The notes beneath the pieces are model-generated. The model ran no database searches, had not been told where the DNA came from, and was given only the letters and a program-made list of their open reading frames with translations. Made by a program: the position numbers and the translations under genes. From positions 250,110,001 through 250,174,000 of the forward strand of contig NC_086097.1 of NCBI RefSeq assembly GCF_963921235.1: a stretch of DNA of 64,000 bases, in the 5' to 3' direction. Shown piece by piece: positions 13,301 through 26,915 of this stretch (position 1 is its first letter; each line of letters opens with the position of its first letter). The DNA comes from Mobula hypostoma. Its lineage: Eukaryota.

Positions 13301-13339
13301 ACAGGGGTCAGGGGGTCTGGAGGGAAGGCTGGGTTCTGA
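10313..13339 (+). pseudogene. CR1 ORF2 (APE endonuclease plus reverse transcriptase) with a single in-frame TAG at 10658-10660
   Basis: ORFs 10313-10660 and 10730-13339 share a frame; NARSIRNK, GITETWL, MGDFN, SDHN (endonuclease); YRPVSL, YLDFQKAFD, GVPQGSVLGP, FADD (RT). Confidence 0.95.
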
Positions 13340-14334
13340 GTTGGATGATCAGCCATGATCATAATAAATGGCGGTGCAGGCTCGAAGGGCCGAATGGCCT
13401 ACTCCTGCACCTATTTTCTATGTTTCTATTCCGAAGATGTACAGTTAGGGTTAGTAAGTTATGGGCACTGGAAACATAGTGACACTTGTGGATTGCTCCT
13501 GACACATCTCAGCCTGTGTTGGGCATTGACAAACAACACCACATTTCACTGTATGTTTACATGTGCATGTGACAAAGCCAGCCAATCTTTAAAGTAAATC
13601 TCCACATTGTGGCAGATCTTCCAACATTGCTGGCTTCCAGTTTCTGGTTGTGCTGCTTATTCCTACTAGGCAGCTGATGTAACTCTCCACAGGCTCAAGT
13701 ACAGCTTCCATCCCACTGGTTTTGGACCCTTGAAAGGATCTCTTTTATAATAAAATGGATTCTTGGCCTCACAATCTACCTCATTATGATTTTGCACTTA
13801 ATCGTTTACCTGAACTGCACTTTCTCTGTAGTTGTTACGCTTTATTTTTCTTTTTTTTTTACTTATTCTATCTCAATGCTCTGCATAATGATTTGATCTG
13901 TATGAACAGTTGGCAAGACAAGCTTTTAACTGTATCTCAGTATATTGTGATAATAATAAACCAACTTCAATAACAAATGGAACTACATCCATCAAGACAG
14001 AAAACTGGTCTCCAGACAATTACTCTGCAGTTACAAAACTATTGAATGGTCTTGATAGTATGACAGATGTGAGGTCAAGTGAACAATCTATCTTGTTATG
14101 TCCTTGCACCTATTGTCTACCTGCACTGTAACTCTTCCACTTTATTCTGCATTGTTATTGTTTTACCTTGTACTACATCAATGATTTGGTCTGTATGAAC
14201 AGTATGCAAGAAAAGTTTTTCACTGTATATGTGACAATAATAAACCAACAGCAATAAACTGATTCCAACAGCAGAAGCAGCATGACTCAGTTTCCTGCTC
14301 TTGCAATAAAGCTTTGACATTTGGCGAAGCCTCA

Positions 14335-15103
14335 CCTGCTATTAGATATCAGCACAGGTACAACACAGGAGTGTGTGCTTAGCCCTCTACCCTGCTCACT
14401 TTACATCCATGACTATGAGGCTAAGCACAGCGCCATTTGTTGATGACACCACTGACACTGGCCGAATCAAAGGTGGTGACGAATCAACACACAGGTGGGG
14501 ATTGAAGATCTGGCTGAGTGGTGCCATTACAACCTCTCACCCAACTTCAGCAAGACCAAGGCAATGATCGTTGAAATCAGCAGCAGGAAACTGGAGGTCC
14601 ATAAGCCTGTCTTCACTGGAGGATCAAATTTGGAGAGAGTCAGTAACTTTAAATTACTTGGTATTATCATGTCCTGGGTCCAACACGTTAAGTGCCTTTA
14701 CAGAGAAAGCACAGCAGTGGCTCGACTTTCTTACAAGTTTGCAAACATTCAGCATGACATCTAAAACTATGATAAACATCTATAGATACATAGTGGAGAG
14801 TATATGGACTGGTTGCATCACGGCTTGGTATGGAAACAGCCCAGTGTACTTGAAAGGAAAAGCCCACGAAAAGTGGATCCAGCCCAGTCCATCGCAGGTA
14901 AATCCCTCGCCACCGCTGGGCACATCTCCATGGAGCATTGTCGCAGGAAAGCAGCTTCCATCACCAAGGACCCCACACCATCCAGGCCACGCTCTCTTGT
15001 CACTATTGCTCTCAGCAAAAAGGTACAGGAACCTCAGGACTCACACCTCAGGGTTCCGGAATACTTACAGCCCTCAAACATCAAGCTCTTGAACAAGAGG
15101 CCA
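14335..15103 (+). mobile_element. Old Rex1/Babar-like LINE fragment
   Basis: FVDDTT, ESIWTGCITAWYGN and HHPGHALLSLL remnants. Confidence 0.8.
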
Positions 15104-15104
15104 T

Positions 15105-18100
15105 AAGACATCAGATCAGAATTAGGCTATTCAACCAATCTATGTTCTGCTATTTCATCATGGCTGATTTATTATCCCTCTCAACCCCATTCTCCTGTCT
15201 TCTCCCCATAACCTTTGATGCCCTGACTAATCAAGAAATGATCAATCTCCACTTTAAATATACCCAATGACTTGACCTCCACAGCTGTCTGTGGCAATGT
15301 TCCCACAGATTCACTACCCTTATCTCTGTTCTAAATAGATATCCCTCAATCTTGAGGCTGTGTCCTCAGGTCCGAGACTCACCCACTATAGAAAACATCC
15401 TTCCCACATCCACTCTATCCAAATCTTTCAATATTCAATAGGTTTCAATGAGATCCCTCCCACTCATTCTTCTAAAGTCCAATGAGTACTGGCCCAGAGC
15501 CATCAAACACACATCACATGTTAACCCTTTCATTCTCAGAATCATTCTTGTGAACCTCCTCTGGTCCCTCTGCAACACTAGCACATCTTAGATAAAGGGC
15601 CTAAAACCGCTCACAATACTCCATATGCAATCTGATCAATGCCGTGCAAAGCCTCAGCAGTACATCATTGCTTTTATATTCTAATCCTCTTGAAAAGAAT
15701 GCTAACATTGCATTTGCCTTCCTTACCAGTTAATCTTTAGGAAATCCCAAGTCCTTTTGCATATCTGAGGTGTATTTTTTCCCCGTTTAGAAAATAGTCT
15801 ATGCCTTTATTTCTTCCACCAAAGTGCATGACCATACACTTCCTGACACTGTATTCCACCTGCCACTTCTATGCCCATTCTCCTAATCTGTCTAATTCCT
15901 ATGGTGTCTCTACTTTAGCGTCTATAGTGTTTCTGGGAATAACGCGGAAGGTGCAGGATCAGTTCATTCCAAAGAGGAAGAAAGATCCTAAGGGGAGTAA
16001 GGGGAGGCCATGGCTGACAAGGGAAGTAATGGACAGTATAAAAATAAAAGAGAAGTATAACATAGCAAAGACGAGTGGGAAGCCGGAGGATTGGGAAACT
16101 TTTAAAGAGCAACAGAAGGTAACTAAAAAGGCAATACGCGGAGAAAAAATGAGTTACGAAGGTAAACTAGCCAAGAATATAAAGGAGGATAGTAAAAGCT
16201 TCTTTAGGTATGTGAAAAGGAAAAAAATAGTTAAGACCAAAATTGGGCCCTTGAAGACAGAAGTGGGTGAATTTATTATGGGGAACAAGGAAATGGCAGA
16301 CGAGTTGAACAAGTACTTTGGATCTGTCTTCACTAGGGAAGACACAAACAATCTCCCAGATATAATAGTGGCCAAAGGACCTAGGGTAATGGATGAATTG
16401 AAGGAAATTTTTATTAGGCAGGAAATGGTGTTGGATAGACTGTTGGGTCTGAAGGCTGATAAGTCCCCGGGACCTGATAGTCTGCATCCCAGGATACTTA
16501 AGGAGGTGGCTTTAGAAAACGTGGACGCATTGGTAATCATTTTGCAATGTTCTATAGATTCAGGATCAGTTCCTGTGGATTGGAGGGTGGCGAATGTTGT
16601 CCCTCTCTTCAAGAAGGGAGAAAGAGAGAAAACAGGGAACTATAGACCGGTTAGCCAAACGTCGGTGGTGGGAAAGATACTGGAGTCAATTATAAAAGAT
16701 GAAATTACGACACATCTAGATAGCAGTAACAGGATCGGTCCAAGTCAGCATGGATTTACGAAGGAGAAATCGTGCTTGACTAATCTTCTGGAATTTGTTT
16801 GAGGATGTAACTATGAAAATGGACAAGGGAGAGCCAGTGGATGTAGTGTACCTGGACTTTCAGAAAGTCTTTGATAAAGTCCCACATAGGAGATTAGTGG
16901 GCAAAATTAGGGCACATGGTATTGGGGGCAGAGCACTGACATGGATTGAAAATTGGCTGGCTGACAGAAGACAAGGAGTAGCGATTAATGGGTCCCTTTC
17001 GGAATGGCAGGCAGTGACCAGTGGGGTACCGCACGGTTCAGTGCTGGGACCGCAGCTGTTTACAATATATATTAGTGATTTAGATGAGGGAATTAAAAGT
17101 AACATTAGCAAATTTGCCGATGATACAAAGCTGGGTGGCAGTGTGAAATGTGAGGAGGATGTTATGAGAATGCAGGGTGACTTGGACAGGCTGGGTGAGT
17201 GGGCAGATGCAGTTTAATGTGGATAAATGTGAGGTTATCCACTTTGGTGCAAGAACAGGAAGGCAGATTATTATCTAAATGGAGTCAAGTTAGGAAAAGG
17301 GGAAGCACAACGAGATCTAGGTGTTCTTGTACATCAGTCACTGAAAGTAAGCATGCAAGTACAGCAGGCAGTGAAGAAAGCTAATGGCATGCTGGCCTTC
17401 ATAACAAGGGGAATTGAGTATAAGAGCAAAGAGGTCTTTCTGCAGCTGTACAGGGCCCTGATGAGACCACACCTGGAGTACTGTGTGCAGTTTTGGTCTC
17501 CAAATTTGAGGAAGGACATTCTTGCTATTGAGGGAGTACAGCGTAGGTTCACAAGGTTAATTCCCAGGATGGCGGGACTGTCACATGTCAAAAGATTAGA
17601 GTGACTGGGCTTGTATACTCTGGAATTTAGAAGGCTGAGAGGGGATCTTATTGAAACATATAAGATTATTAAGGGATTGGACACGCTGGAGGCAGGAAGC
17701 ATGTTCCTGCTGATGGGTGAGTTCAGAACCAGAGGCCACAGTTTAAGAATAAGGGGTAGGCCATTTAGAACGGAGTTGAGGTAAAACTTTTTCACCCAGA
17801 GAGTGGTGGATATATGGAATGCTCTATCCCAGAAGGCTGTGAAGGCCAAGTCTCTGGATGCTTTCAAGAAAGGGATGGATAGAGCTCTTAAAGATAGCGG
17901 AATCAAAGGTTATGGGGATAAGGCAGGAACTGGATACTGATAGTGGATGATCAGCCATGATCACAGTGAATGGCGGTGCTGGCTCGAAAGGCCGAATGGC
18001 CTACTCCTGCACTTATTGTCTATTGTCTATTACTTCCTCAACACTACCTGCCCCTCCGTGTATCTTCATATCATCTGCAAACTTGGCCTGAAAGCCATCA

Positions 18101-18455
18101 ATCCGTCATCCAAATCATTGACATATAATGTAAAAAGAGTCAGTTTCAACACCCACCCCTGTGGAACCCCACTTGTCACCAGCAGCTAACCATAAAAAGG
18201 CCCCCTTTATTCCCACTCTTTGCCTCCTGCCAATCAGCCACAGCTTTATCCATTCTAGTAACTTTCCTTCTATCCCAAGGGTTCTTACTTGGTTAAGCAG
18301 CCTCATGTGTGGCACCTTGTCAAAGGCTTTCTGAAAATCCAAGTAAACAACATTCACTGATTCTCCTTTGTCTATGCTGCTTATTATTTCTTAAAAGAAT
18401 TCCAACAGATTTGTCAGGCAAGATTTCCCCTTAAGGAAACTATGCTAACACCGGC
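15105..18455 (-). mobile_element. Older CR1 (15105-15915 plus 18032-18455) interrupted by the plus-strand CR1
   Basis: Antisense CR1 3' UTR at 15105-15270; RT remnant ORF 18115-18357 (VVYLDFQKAFDKVPH); sequence resumes across the insertion. Confidence 0.85.
15916..18031 (+). mobile_element. CR1 LINE of a second, moderately young family (frameshifted ORF2)
   Basis: ORFs 15801-16802, 16795-17217, 17353-17604 with RT motifs including FADD; different tail (TATTGTC)n; splits an older antisense CR1. Confidence 0.93.
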
Positions 18456-18575
18456 TGTTTTATTATGTGCCACCAAACAACACTAAATTTCAGTACAAAG
18501 TGTACAGTTTACATTCAAAACAATACCTGCTAAAAGATCAATTTGAAAACATCAGAGAAGTTTTAAGTAATACTT

Positions 18576-18765
18576 CACAAACAAGAGAATCTTCAGATGA
18601 TGGAAATCCAAGCAACAATCACAAAATGCTGGAAGAACTCAACAGACCAGGCAGTATCTGTGGAAGAAAGTACAGTCAATGTTCCGGACCCATCTCAGCC
18701 CAAAACATCAACTGCACTTTTTTTCCACAGATTCTGCCTGGCCTCCAGCATTTTGTGTGTGTTGC
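18576..18765. mobile_element. Older 190 bp Penelope-derived hairpin insertion
   Basis: Tail plus inverted arms; 13 bp TSD TTA(A/G)GTAATACTT at 18563-18575 and 18766-18778. Confidence 0.8.
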
Positions 18766-19414
18766 TTAGGTAATACTTAACCATTTTTTATCCAGCAGCT
18801 GATGTCTCCCAATAATTTGAACAACATTGCCCACATAAATTCCAGCAGAACTACCTGCACCTGTAGAGATGTAAATAAATGGAGGAACCTCCCTGTCTCC
18901 GGTTAACCCTGGACAGATCAAAACAGGAAACTGCCGAGGGCTGTCCCAACCATCAAAGAAAATCTTCCAGCAAAAGATGCAAGAGTTCATAAATCAAGGA
19001 TGCAAAGGTTAATTGTAGCAGAATTCAATACAGTCTTAACTCCAATCTGTAAACTTAGATAACCTGCTTTTAATTTCCTTATTTAAATGAGAGGCTCTGC
19101 ATTTTCATTTTGACTGTCTTTTTAAAATTTTGATGCCAGTTTTCTTTAGTTGCAGTATTTTCCTTTTAATGGAGCCAGCTGGCTATCGGATAAATAAGAG
19201 GAGCTGCCTTCAGTTCTCAAATTTTGACTTGTATTCACTTTTTCTTGCAGAACAGTCACCCTTTAGAGTGTCGCAAAAATTACAGAGCTGGAAAGACGGA
19301 GCATGGAAATAAAATTCATATGCATGATAGAATAGTCCAGAGTCATTTGGGCTACTGAAGCGGACGGTACTGTTGTATACAGTAATTGCTCCTCCTGTAC
19401 CTCATAAAGTGTAA

Positions 19415-19740
19415 ATTAAGTGTATTTTTGTGGTCTTCTGCTGCTGTCATTCATCCACTTCAAGGTTTGACATGTTGAGCTTTCAGAGATGCTCTTCTAC
19501 ACACCACTGTTGTAGCACATAGTTGTTTGAGTTACTGTTGCCTTCCTGTCAGCTTGAACCAGTCTGCCATTCTCCTCTGATCTCTCTCATTTACAAGGCA
19601 TTTTTCCTCACAGAACGGCCACTCACCGGATTTTTTTTCTTTTGTTTTTCACACCATTCTCTATAAACTCTACAAAATACAGGAGATGAGCAATTTCTGA
19701 GAAACTCAAACCACCCCAGCTGGTACTGACAATCTTTCTG
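19415..19740. mobile_element. Tc1-like DNA transposon remnant; related copy at 53400-53710
   Basis: Two colinear copies in the window (CTGCTGCTGT..CCATCC.CTTCAAGGT; CACCATTCTCT.TAAAC); family assignment from recall. Confidence 0.6.
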
Positions 19741-19997
19741 AGATACTCAAACCACCTCATCTGGTAGCAACAATCTTTCTGAGATACTCAAACCACCCCA
19801 TCTGATACCAACAATCATTCTGAGATACTCAAACCACCTCATCTGGTACCAACAATCTTTCTGAGATACTCAAACCACCCCATCTGGTACCAACAATCAT
19901 TCTGAGATACTCAGACCACCCCATCTGGTAACAACAATATTTCTGAGATACTCAAACCACCTCATCTGGTACCAACAACCATTCTGAGATACTCAAA
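19696..19997. repeat. 41 bp minisatellite, about 7.4 units
   Basis: TCTGAGATACTCAAACCACCYCATCTGGTACCAACAATCWT starting at 19696, 19737, 19778 and onward. Confidence 0.95.
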
Positions 19998-20341
19998 CTG
20001 TTGTGTCTGTGCAACTACATATCAATTAAATAAAAGCACACATGCGGGAGATGGCTTTAACTGGTGTATTCCCATTGCACTGAGAGAGAGAGAGAGAGAG
20101 TGAGAAAGAGAGATCAATGCACATGTGTAGACAACAGATCACACTTAGTACTAAGGAGAGTCATTACTCCAAAAGAAATAGATCCATATATTACACAAAC
20201 CACGTGTCTGGCAACAGAAATGGTTAAACATGAATTGAAGGAAAGCCAAACTCCAACACGAATGGTCCCAAGCCCAGATGTAAAAGGAGGAAGGTTGGAC
20301 ATGGGAACAGCAATGGCATCCCGTGAAAACCTACGGAATGC

Positions 20342-21182
20342 TGTCACATGATCGGCAACAATGAATTATCAACTGAGGCAGGTTTCATAAAAACAAACAA
20401 ACATATATTAAACTCTGCTCAACAAATAGCGAGAAGTATTCAAGCGACTAATCTAACCGGAAGTTAACCACTATACGGCAACTCTGAAACAGTTTTCAAA
20501 AGGGTAAATGCGAAAACAGTTCTTAAAGAGGTAAATTTGAAAGTCCAAGTGATTCACACAGTCAAGAAGGAGAGACTTCTCTGGAAACGAATTTCTTCAA
20601 AGACGTGACGTTACTGCTGATTCTCCAAAGGATTCATGACGAAGGGAATAAAACGGGTTAAAGGAACTAACCTTTTGCTGGCGAGTAGACACTGCTCAAA
20701 CTTCCCTGCTCTTGCAGGAGTTATCTCAGATACAGGTCACCATTTCTGCAACGAATCCTCAATAAGGTCATCCTTTATAAAACTGCCAAACGACTCCAAC
20801 TTTATTCGATCCTTCAGGTTCCCATCCTTTAATAAAGTCTTCACTCTCCAATACTACTGAAAAGGGAAAATTATAGATGCAACACACAATCCTGGCAGCA
20901 ACTGGTGAAACTGCCATCACCAATCTTTGCACCTTAAAATAATCGGGAAAACTCCATTTTAAAATGTGTCATGACAAATACGTAGCATAACGGTGTAAGT
21001 AACAAAGCAAACAACAACTCAACTGAAACTAACTGCGTCACCAGGGTTTCCCTTTATATACCTGTTGAGAATAGGTCATCGTGTGACCTCACACTGGTGG
21101 GAAAATTACATCATGTGACCTCCACAAGACCATTACATCATGCTCATAAGACAGTCACAAGATAACCACGGGGTATGTAACA
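20342..21182 (-). repeat. 3' LTR of the Gmr1-like element
   Basis: TGTCACATGATC...GGGGTATGTAACA; preceded on the minus strand by the purine tract GGAAGGAGG (21183-21191). Confidence 0.95.
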
Positions 21183-21284
21183 CCTCCTTCCAAAAAAGAA
21201 AATTTTGGTCTTTTGGGGCAAAATTGTAACAACTATTTACACAAAAAAATACAAGTGTATAAAATTTACAAAAATACATGATAT

Positions 21285-21960
21285 AGGAGGAGGAGAAGAT
21301 GGCAGTGTGACACAGTGCGCAGCGGGCACTCCAGTGAGTGATATCTGTAATCTGTCAAGTAGGGTGCCATGCTTGATGGAGGCAGACGTGAGAGAACGGA
21401 GGAACATCTGGAGAAACTTCTGAAATGCCTTTTTCGCTACTACTGCTACTGTGTGATCCACAGCCTCCAGAGTCCCTGGAGGAGAAGGCCCTGTGTCCTT
21501 GACTTTGCTTGTTGTTCGGCGGCCGGGGCGGGGTCGAGGCGCTCGGCAGAGATGGTGCTCGATGCTCGGTATCGGAGGGCTAGTCGGAGGATTGAAGTTT
21601 TCGGACAGACTCAGAGTCGGCTATGGTCGGGTGCTTCCAGATGCTGCATTGGCAGTTGTCGGCGCCTGGAGGTTTATGACAGGGAGAGTTTCTCCCTTTT
21701 GCCGCCTGCTATCAGGGACTTTGAGACTATTTTTACCGTGCCCATGGTCTGCTCTTTATCAAATTATGGTATTGCTTTGCACTGCTGTAACTATATGTTA
21801 TAATTATGTGGTCTTGTCAGTGTTAGTCTTTGGTTTGTCCTTTTTTTGTGATATCACTCTGGAGGAACATTGTATCATTTCTTAATGCATGCATTTCTAA
21901 ATGACAATAAACAAGGACTGAGTGTCCTCATAATCTAAAATCTAAAATCTAAATCTAAAA
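21285..21960 (+). mobile_element. Non-coding interspersed element (probable non-autonomous retroelement) inserted in the Gypsy 3' untranslated region
   Basis: GC/CpG-richer block inside AT-rich Gypsy DNA; starts GGAGAAGATGGC; ends AATAAA followed by a tandem (AATCTA)n tail; TSD not resolved. Confidence 0.6.
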
Positions 21961-22074
21961 TATACACAGTATTATCATACAGCATCTTGCAAACTAATAC
22001 ACAGTAGGAGAGTTATAAAATGTTAAAATACCACTCCATCAAAAAAAAATTACATTGTACATTTAACATCTAGA

Positions 22075-23415
22075 TAGAAACATAGAAACATAGAAAATAG
22101 GTGCAGGAGTAGGCCATTCGGCCCTTCGAGCCTGCACCGCCATTTATTATGATCATGGCTGATCATCCAACTCAGAACCCAGCCTTCCCTCCATACCCCC
22201 TGACCCCTGTAGCCACAAGGGCCATATCTAACTTCCTTTTAAACATAGCTAATGAACTGGCCTCAACAGTTTGCTGTGGCAGAGAATTCCACAGATTCAC
22301 CACTCTCTGTGTGAAGAAGTTTTTCCTAATCTCGGTCCTAAAAGGCTTCCCCTCTATCCTCAAACTGTGACCCCTCGTTCTGGACCTCCCCAACATCGGG
22401 AACAATCTTCCCGCATCTAGCCTGTCCAATCCCTTTAGGATCTTATACGTTTCAATCAGATCCCCCCTCAATCTTCTAAATTCCAACGAGTACAAGCCCA
22501 GTTCATCCAGTCTTTCTTCATATGAAAGACCTGCCATCCCAGGAATCAATCTGGTGAACCTTCTTTGTACTCCCTCTATGGCAAAGATGTCTTTCCTCAG
22601 ATTAGGGGACCAAAACTGCACACAATACTCCAGGTGTGGTCTCACCAAGGCCTTGTACAACTGCAGTAGTACCTCCCTGCTCCTGTACTCGAATCCTCTC
22701 GCTATAAATACCAGCATACCGTTTGCCTTTTTCACCGCCTGCTGTACCTGCATGCCCACTTTCAATGACTGGTGTATAATGACACCCAGGTCTCGTTGCA
22801 CCTCCCCTTTTCCTAATCGGCCACCATTCAGATAATAATCTGTTTTCCTATTTTTGCCACCAAAGTGGATAACTTCACATTTATCCACATTAAATTGCAT
22901 CTGCCATGAGTTTGCCCACTCACCCAACCTATCCAAGTCACCCTGCATCCTCTTAGCATCCTCCTCACTGCTAACACTGCCACCCAGCTTCGTGTCATCC
23001 GCAAACTTGGAGATGCTGCATTTAATTCCCTCATCCAAGTCATTAATATATATTGTAAACAACTGGGGTCCCAGCACTGAGCCTTGCGGTACCCCACTAG
23101 TCACCGCCTGCCATTCTGAAAAGGTCCCGTTTATTCCCACTCTTTGCTTCCTGTCTGCTAACCAATTCTCCACCCACACCAATACCTTACCCCCAATACT
23201 GTGTGCTTTAAGTTTGCACCCTAATCTCCTTTGTGGGACCTTGTCAAAAGCCTTTTGAAAATCCAAATATACCACATCCACTGGTTCTCCCCTATCCACT
23301 CTACTAGTTACATCCTCAAAAAATTCTATGAGATTCGTCAGACATGATTTTCCTTTCACAAATCCATGCTGACTTTGTCCAATCATTTCACCGCTTTCCA
23401 AATGTGCTGTTATCT
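22075..23415 (-). mobile_element. Young CR1 3' fragment inserted just before the Gypsy pol stop codon
   Basis: Open 409 aa ORF 22172-23401; GATAGA duplicated at 22073-22078 and 23420-23425. Confidence 0.96.
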
Positions 23416-23419
23416 CTGT

Positions 23420-24922
23420 GATAGACAGTCAGCAATCACATTCTCTTTACCTTTAATATGAGTTATCAAAATATTATACTCCTGTAACATCAAACTCCAA
23501 TTTAGTAATCTTCTATTTTTGTTTTTCATCTTACTCAAAAACACTAACGGATTATGATTGGTATAAACTATGAGTGGTTTCTGAGTAGTACCAACATACA
23601 GTTCAAAATGTTGTAAAGCCAAAACAAGAGATAATAATTCCTTTTCTATAGTTGAATAATTTCTTTGATGGGTGTTAAATTTCTTAGAAAAGAAAGCTAC
23701 CGGACGATCAACTTCATCACCCTCATCCCTTTGAAGTAACACTGCTCCTGCAGCTTCATCACTAGCATCTACAGCTAATGAAAATGGGTTTTCAAAGTCA
23801 GGGGATTTGAGCACAAGTTGATGACATAGCATAGTTTTTAATTTATCAAAGGCCTCTTGACAAGGCTCTGTCCAACCAAACTTTTCATTTTTCTTCGAGA
23901 GGTTAGTTAATGGAAGAGCAATGTTAGCAAAATTCTTACAAAATTTTTGGTAATATCCTGCCATTCCCAAGAATCTTCTGAGATTTTTTTTTACCAGTTG
24001 GAGTGGGTACTTCTAAAATTGCCTGAACAGGAGCTAATTTTCCTTGACCCACAACATAACCAAGGTAGGTCACCGTGGCATGACCAAATTCACTTTTAGC
24101 TAAATTAATAGTTAAGTTAGCTTTTGAAAGTCTTTCAAATAGTTTCTCCACCGCAGTAATGTGTGCTTTCCAAGTATCATTTCCTGTAACTAAATCATCA
24201 ATATAGGCATCTGTATCTTCTAACCCATGAATCACACTATTAATCATCCACTGGAAAGTACCTTGTGCATTCTTCATCCCAAAGGGAAGAACATTATATT
24301 CATATAACCCGGATGGGGTTACAAATGCAGAAATCTCTCTACCTCTATCCGTCAATGGAACACACCAATATCTTCTTAACAAATCAATCTTTGTAAGGAA
24401 CTTTGCTTGTCCAACTTTATCCACACAATCATCTACCCTAGGGATTGGATATGCATCAGTTTTTGTCACAGCATTCACCTTCCTGTAATCTGTACAAAAC
24501 CGAATACTACTGTTTGGTTTAGGCACCATAACACACGATGAAATCCAATTCGAATTAAAAGGTCTAATAATATTATTCTCTAACATACATTTAATTTCTT
24601 GTTCAGCAAGTTCACATTTTTCCCTGATCATCTGATATGGATGTTGCTTTATGGGTTTGGCATCTCCAACATCTACATCATGTGAAGCTACTGTGGTTCT
24701 TTTAGGAACGTCTGGAAATAAATCCCTATATTTAAAAATTAATTGTTTCATCTGCTGTCTCTGCTCTGGCTGTAAATGAGCTAATTTCTCACCAATATTT
24801 TCCAGAATTGTTGAGTTTGATAATCTGGCAGAAATAATGTTGGGTTTAAAATGAGTTTCAGATGAATCATCCATTAAGTTCCCAGTGGGATCAGACTCAC
24901 TATTATTGACCACAACAGTCAT
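23420..24922 (-). pseudogene. Gypsy reverse transcriptase and RNase H remnant
   Basis: ORF 23936-24922 with RFCTDYRKVN, LPFGMKNA, YIDDL; frameshifted ORF 23410-23970 with AVDASD, STIEKELL, HIKGKENVIADCLS. Removing the CR1 restores ...DCLSRC* with the stop at 22063-22065. Confidence 0.92.
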
Positions 24923-24960
24923 AGTAGCAGCCTATTTCTCATAATATGGTTTTATCATAT

Positions 24961-26275
24961 TTATATGACACAGCTGTCAGCTTTCTTAGATCTGGGGTTT
25001 TTAATCACATAATCCACATCATTAACTTTAGATTTAATCTCATAAGGACCATGAAATTTAGCTTGTAATGGGTTCGTTTGCACCGGGAAAAGAACCAACA
25101 CCTTATCTCCAGGCTTAAATGACCTCATTCTAGCTTCTTTATCATACCAAGTTTTCATTTTCTCCTGAGCCGATTTTAAATTTTCCTTGGCTAAGCTACA
25201 AGCTTTATGTAATCTTTCTTTACATTTTAAAACATAATCCAACAAATTCATGTGTACCTCTTTATTAATCCACTGTTCTTTCAACAAGGCCAAAGGTCCT
25301 TGAACTCTATGGCCAAACACAAGTTCAAAAGGACTAAAACCTAATGATTCCTGCACTGCCTCCCATACTGCAAAAAGTAGCAAATGTATGCCCTCATCCC
25401 AGTCATTTTCATTTTCCACACAATACGTCCTAATCATAGTTTTAAGGGTAGAATGGAATCCCTCCAAGGCTCCTTGCAATTCTGGATGATATGCAGATGA
25501 GGTAATCTGTTTTGCTCCCAATTTATAAACTATCTGCTGAAACAATCCAGACATAAAATTACTACCTTGATCCAATTGTATTTCCTTAGGCAACCCAAAA
25601 TAAGTAAAAAATTTTATAAGAGCCTTTGTCACAGTTTTAGCTGTTATATTCCTGAGTGGTATTGCGTCTGGAAACCTAGATGCTGTGCACATGATGGTCA
25701 ACAAATAATGATGTTCAGTTTTGGTTTTTGGCAATGGGCCTAAACAATCTATAATAATTTTGGAAAACGGTTCACCAAATGCGGGAATAGGTTGCAGTGG
25801 GGCCACTGGAGTACTTAATTAGGTTTGCCCACAATTTGACAAGTATGACATGTCCTGCAAAATGTCGCTACATCTTTTCCTAAACTAGGCCAGTAAAACT
25901 GTTTAAAAACCTTGTTCATAGTTTTCTTTACACCTAGATGACCACCCAAAGGCATACTATGAGCCATAGTTAAAATATCATTTCGATAAACTTTGGGAAC
26001 TACTACCTAGTGATTAACTTCCCATTCCTCACTTGCAGGAATTGCAGGTGATCGCCACTTCCTCATAACACACCTTTTTCAAAATAATATCCTACTGGCA
26101 CCTTCTCAATTTCACTATCTGGAACAGCTTGGTCCTTTAATTTGATAATCTCAAGGTCTCTACTCTGCTCTGCTATCATCTCCTTCCGAGAATAAAGACA
26201 AATCTTCATGGTCAGACTTACTACAATAATCTTGATCAAATAATGTAGGTAAGAAAGTTTTTGACATATCCCCAA
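24961..26275 (-). pseudogene. Gypsy integrase remnant located upstream of RT
   Basis: ORF 24961-25806: PFSKIIIDCLGPLP, DQGSNF, SAYHPELQGALE (D,D,E core), C-terminal GDKVLVL...FHGPY module; HHCC zinc-finger remnant around 25840-25965. Confidence 0.9.
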
Positions 26276-26469
26276 AATTCAAATCCCGAGTTGAACAGTC
26301 ATGAGTAACAGACCCATCCTGCACATCAATCTTTTTAGCCATAGCTCGGGTTACAACACAGGAAGAATCTGTGTTAGAATCCATCTTTGGTTCCTCAGAA
26401 ATGGGCTTTATTGTCAAATGCACTTCAGGAAAAACTTGTTTATCTGCTAAGTCATTCCCTAACAATAAA

Positions 26470-26915
26470 CATAGAAACATAGAAAATAGGTGCAGGAGTA
26501 GGCCATTCGGCCCTTCGAGCCTGCACCGCCATTTATTATGATCATGGCTGATCATCCAACTCAGAACCCCGCCCCAGCCTTCCCTCCATACCCCCTGACC
26601 CCCGTAGCCACAAGGGCCATATCTAACTCCCTCTTAAACATAGCCAATGAACTGGCTTCAACAGTTTCCTGTGGCAGAGAATTCCACAGATTCACCACTC
26701 TCTGTGTGAAGAAGTTTTTCCTAATCTCGGTCCTAAAAGGCTTCCCCTCTATCCTCAAACTGTGGCCCCTTGTTCTGGACTTCCCCAACATTGGGAACAA
26801 TCTTCCTGCATCTAGCCTGTCCAATCCCTTTAGGATCTTATACGTTTCAATCAGATCCCCCCTCAATCTTCTAAATTCCAACGAGTACAAGCCCAGTTCA
26901 TCCAGTCTTTCTTCA
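26470..26915 (-). mobile_element. Young CR1 3' fragment inside the Gypsy protease region
   Basis: ORF 26561-26890 ending GGKAGAGF; same tail. Confidence 0.95.

Larger units (their letters stand above)
9895..13429 (+). mobile_element. Young CR1 (HER1-like) LINE, 5'-truncated within ORF1, ORF2 nearly intact
   Basis: ORF1 esterase half plus APE-RT ORF2; 3' tail CTATTTTCTATGTTTCTAT; splits a tRNA-head SINE with 5 bp ATTCC duplicated (9892-9896, 13428-13432). Confidence 0.97.

Noticed and set aside
19696..19997. Regularly spaced repeats suggestive of a CRISPR array
   Set aside because: Head-to-tail 41 bp units without unique spacers, no cas genes, eukaryotic context.
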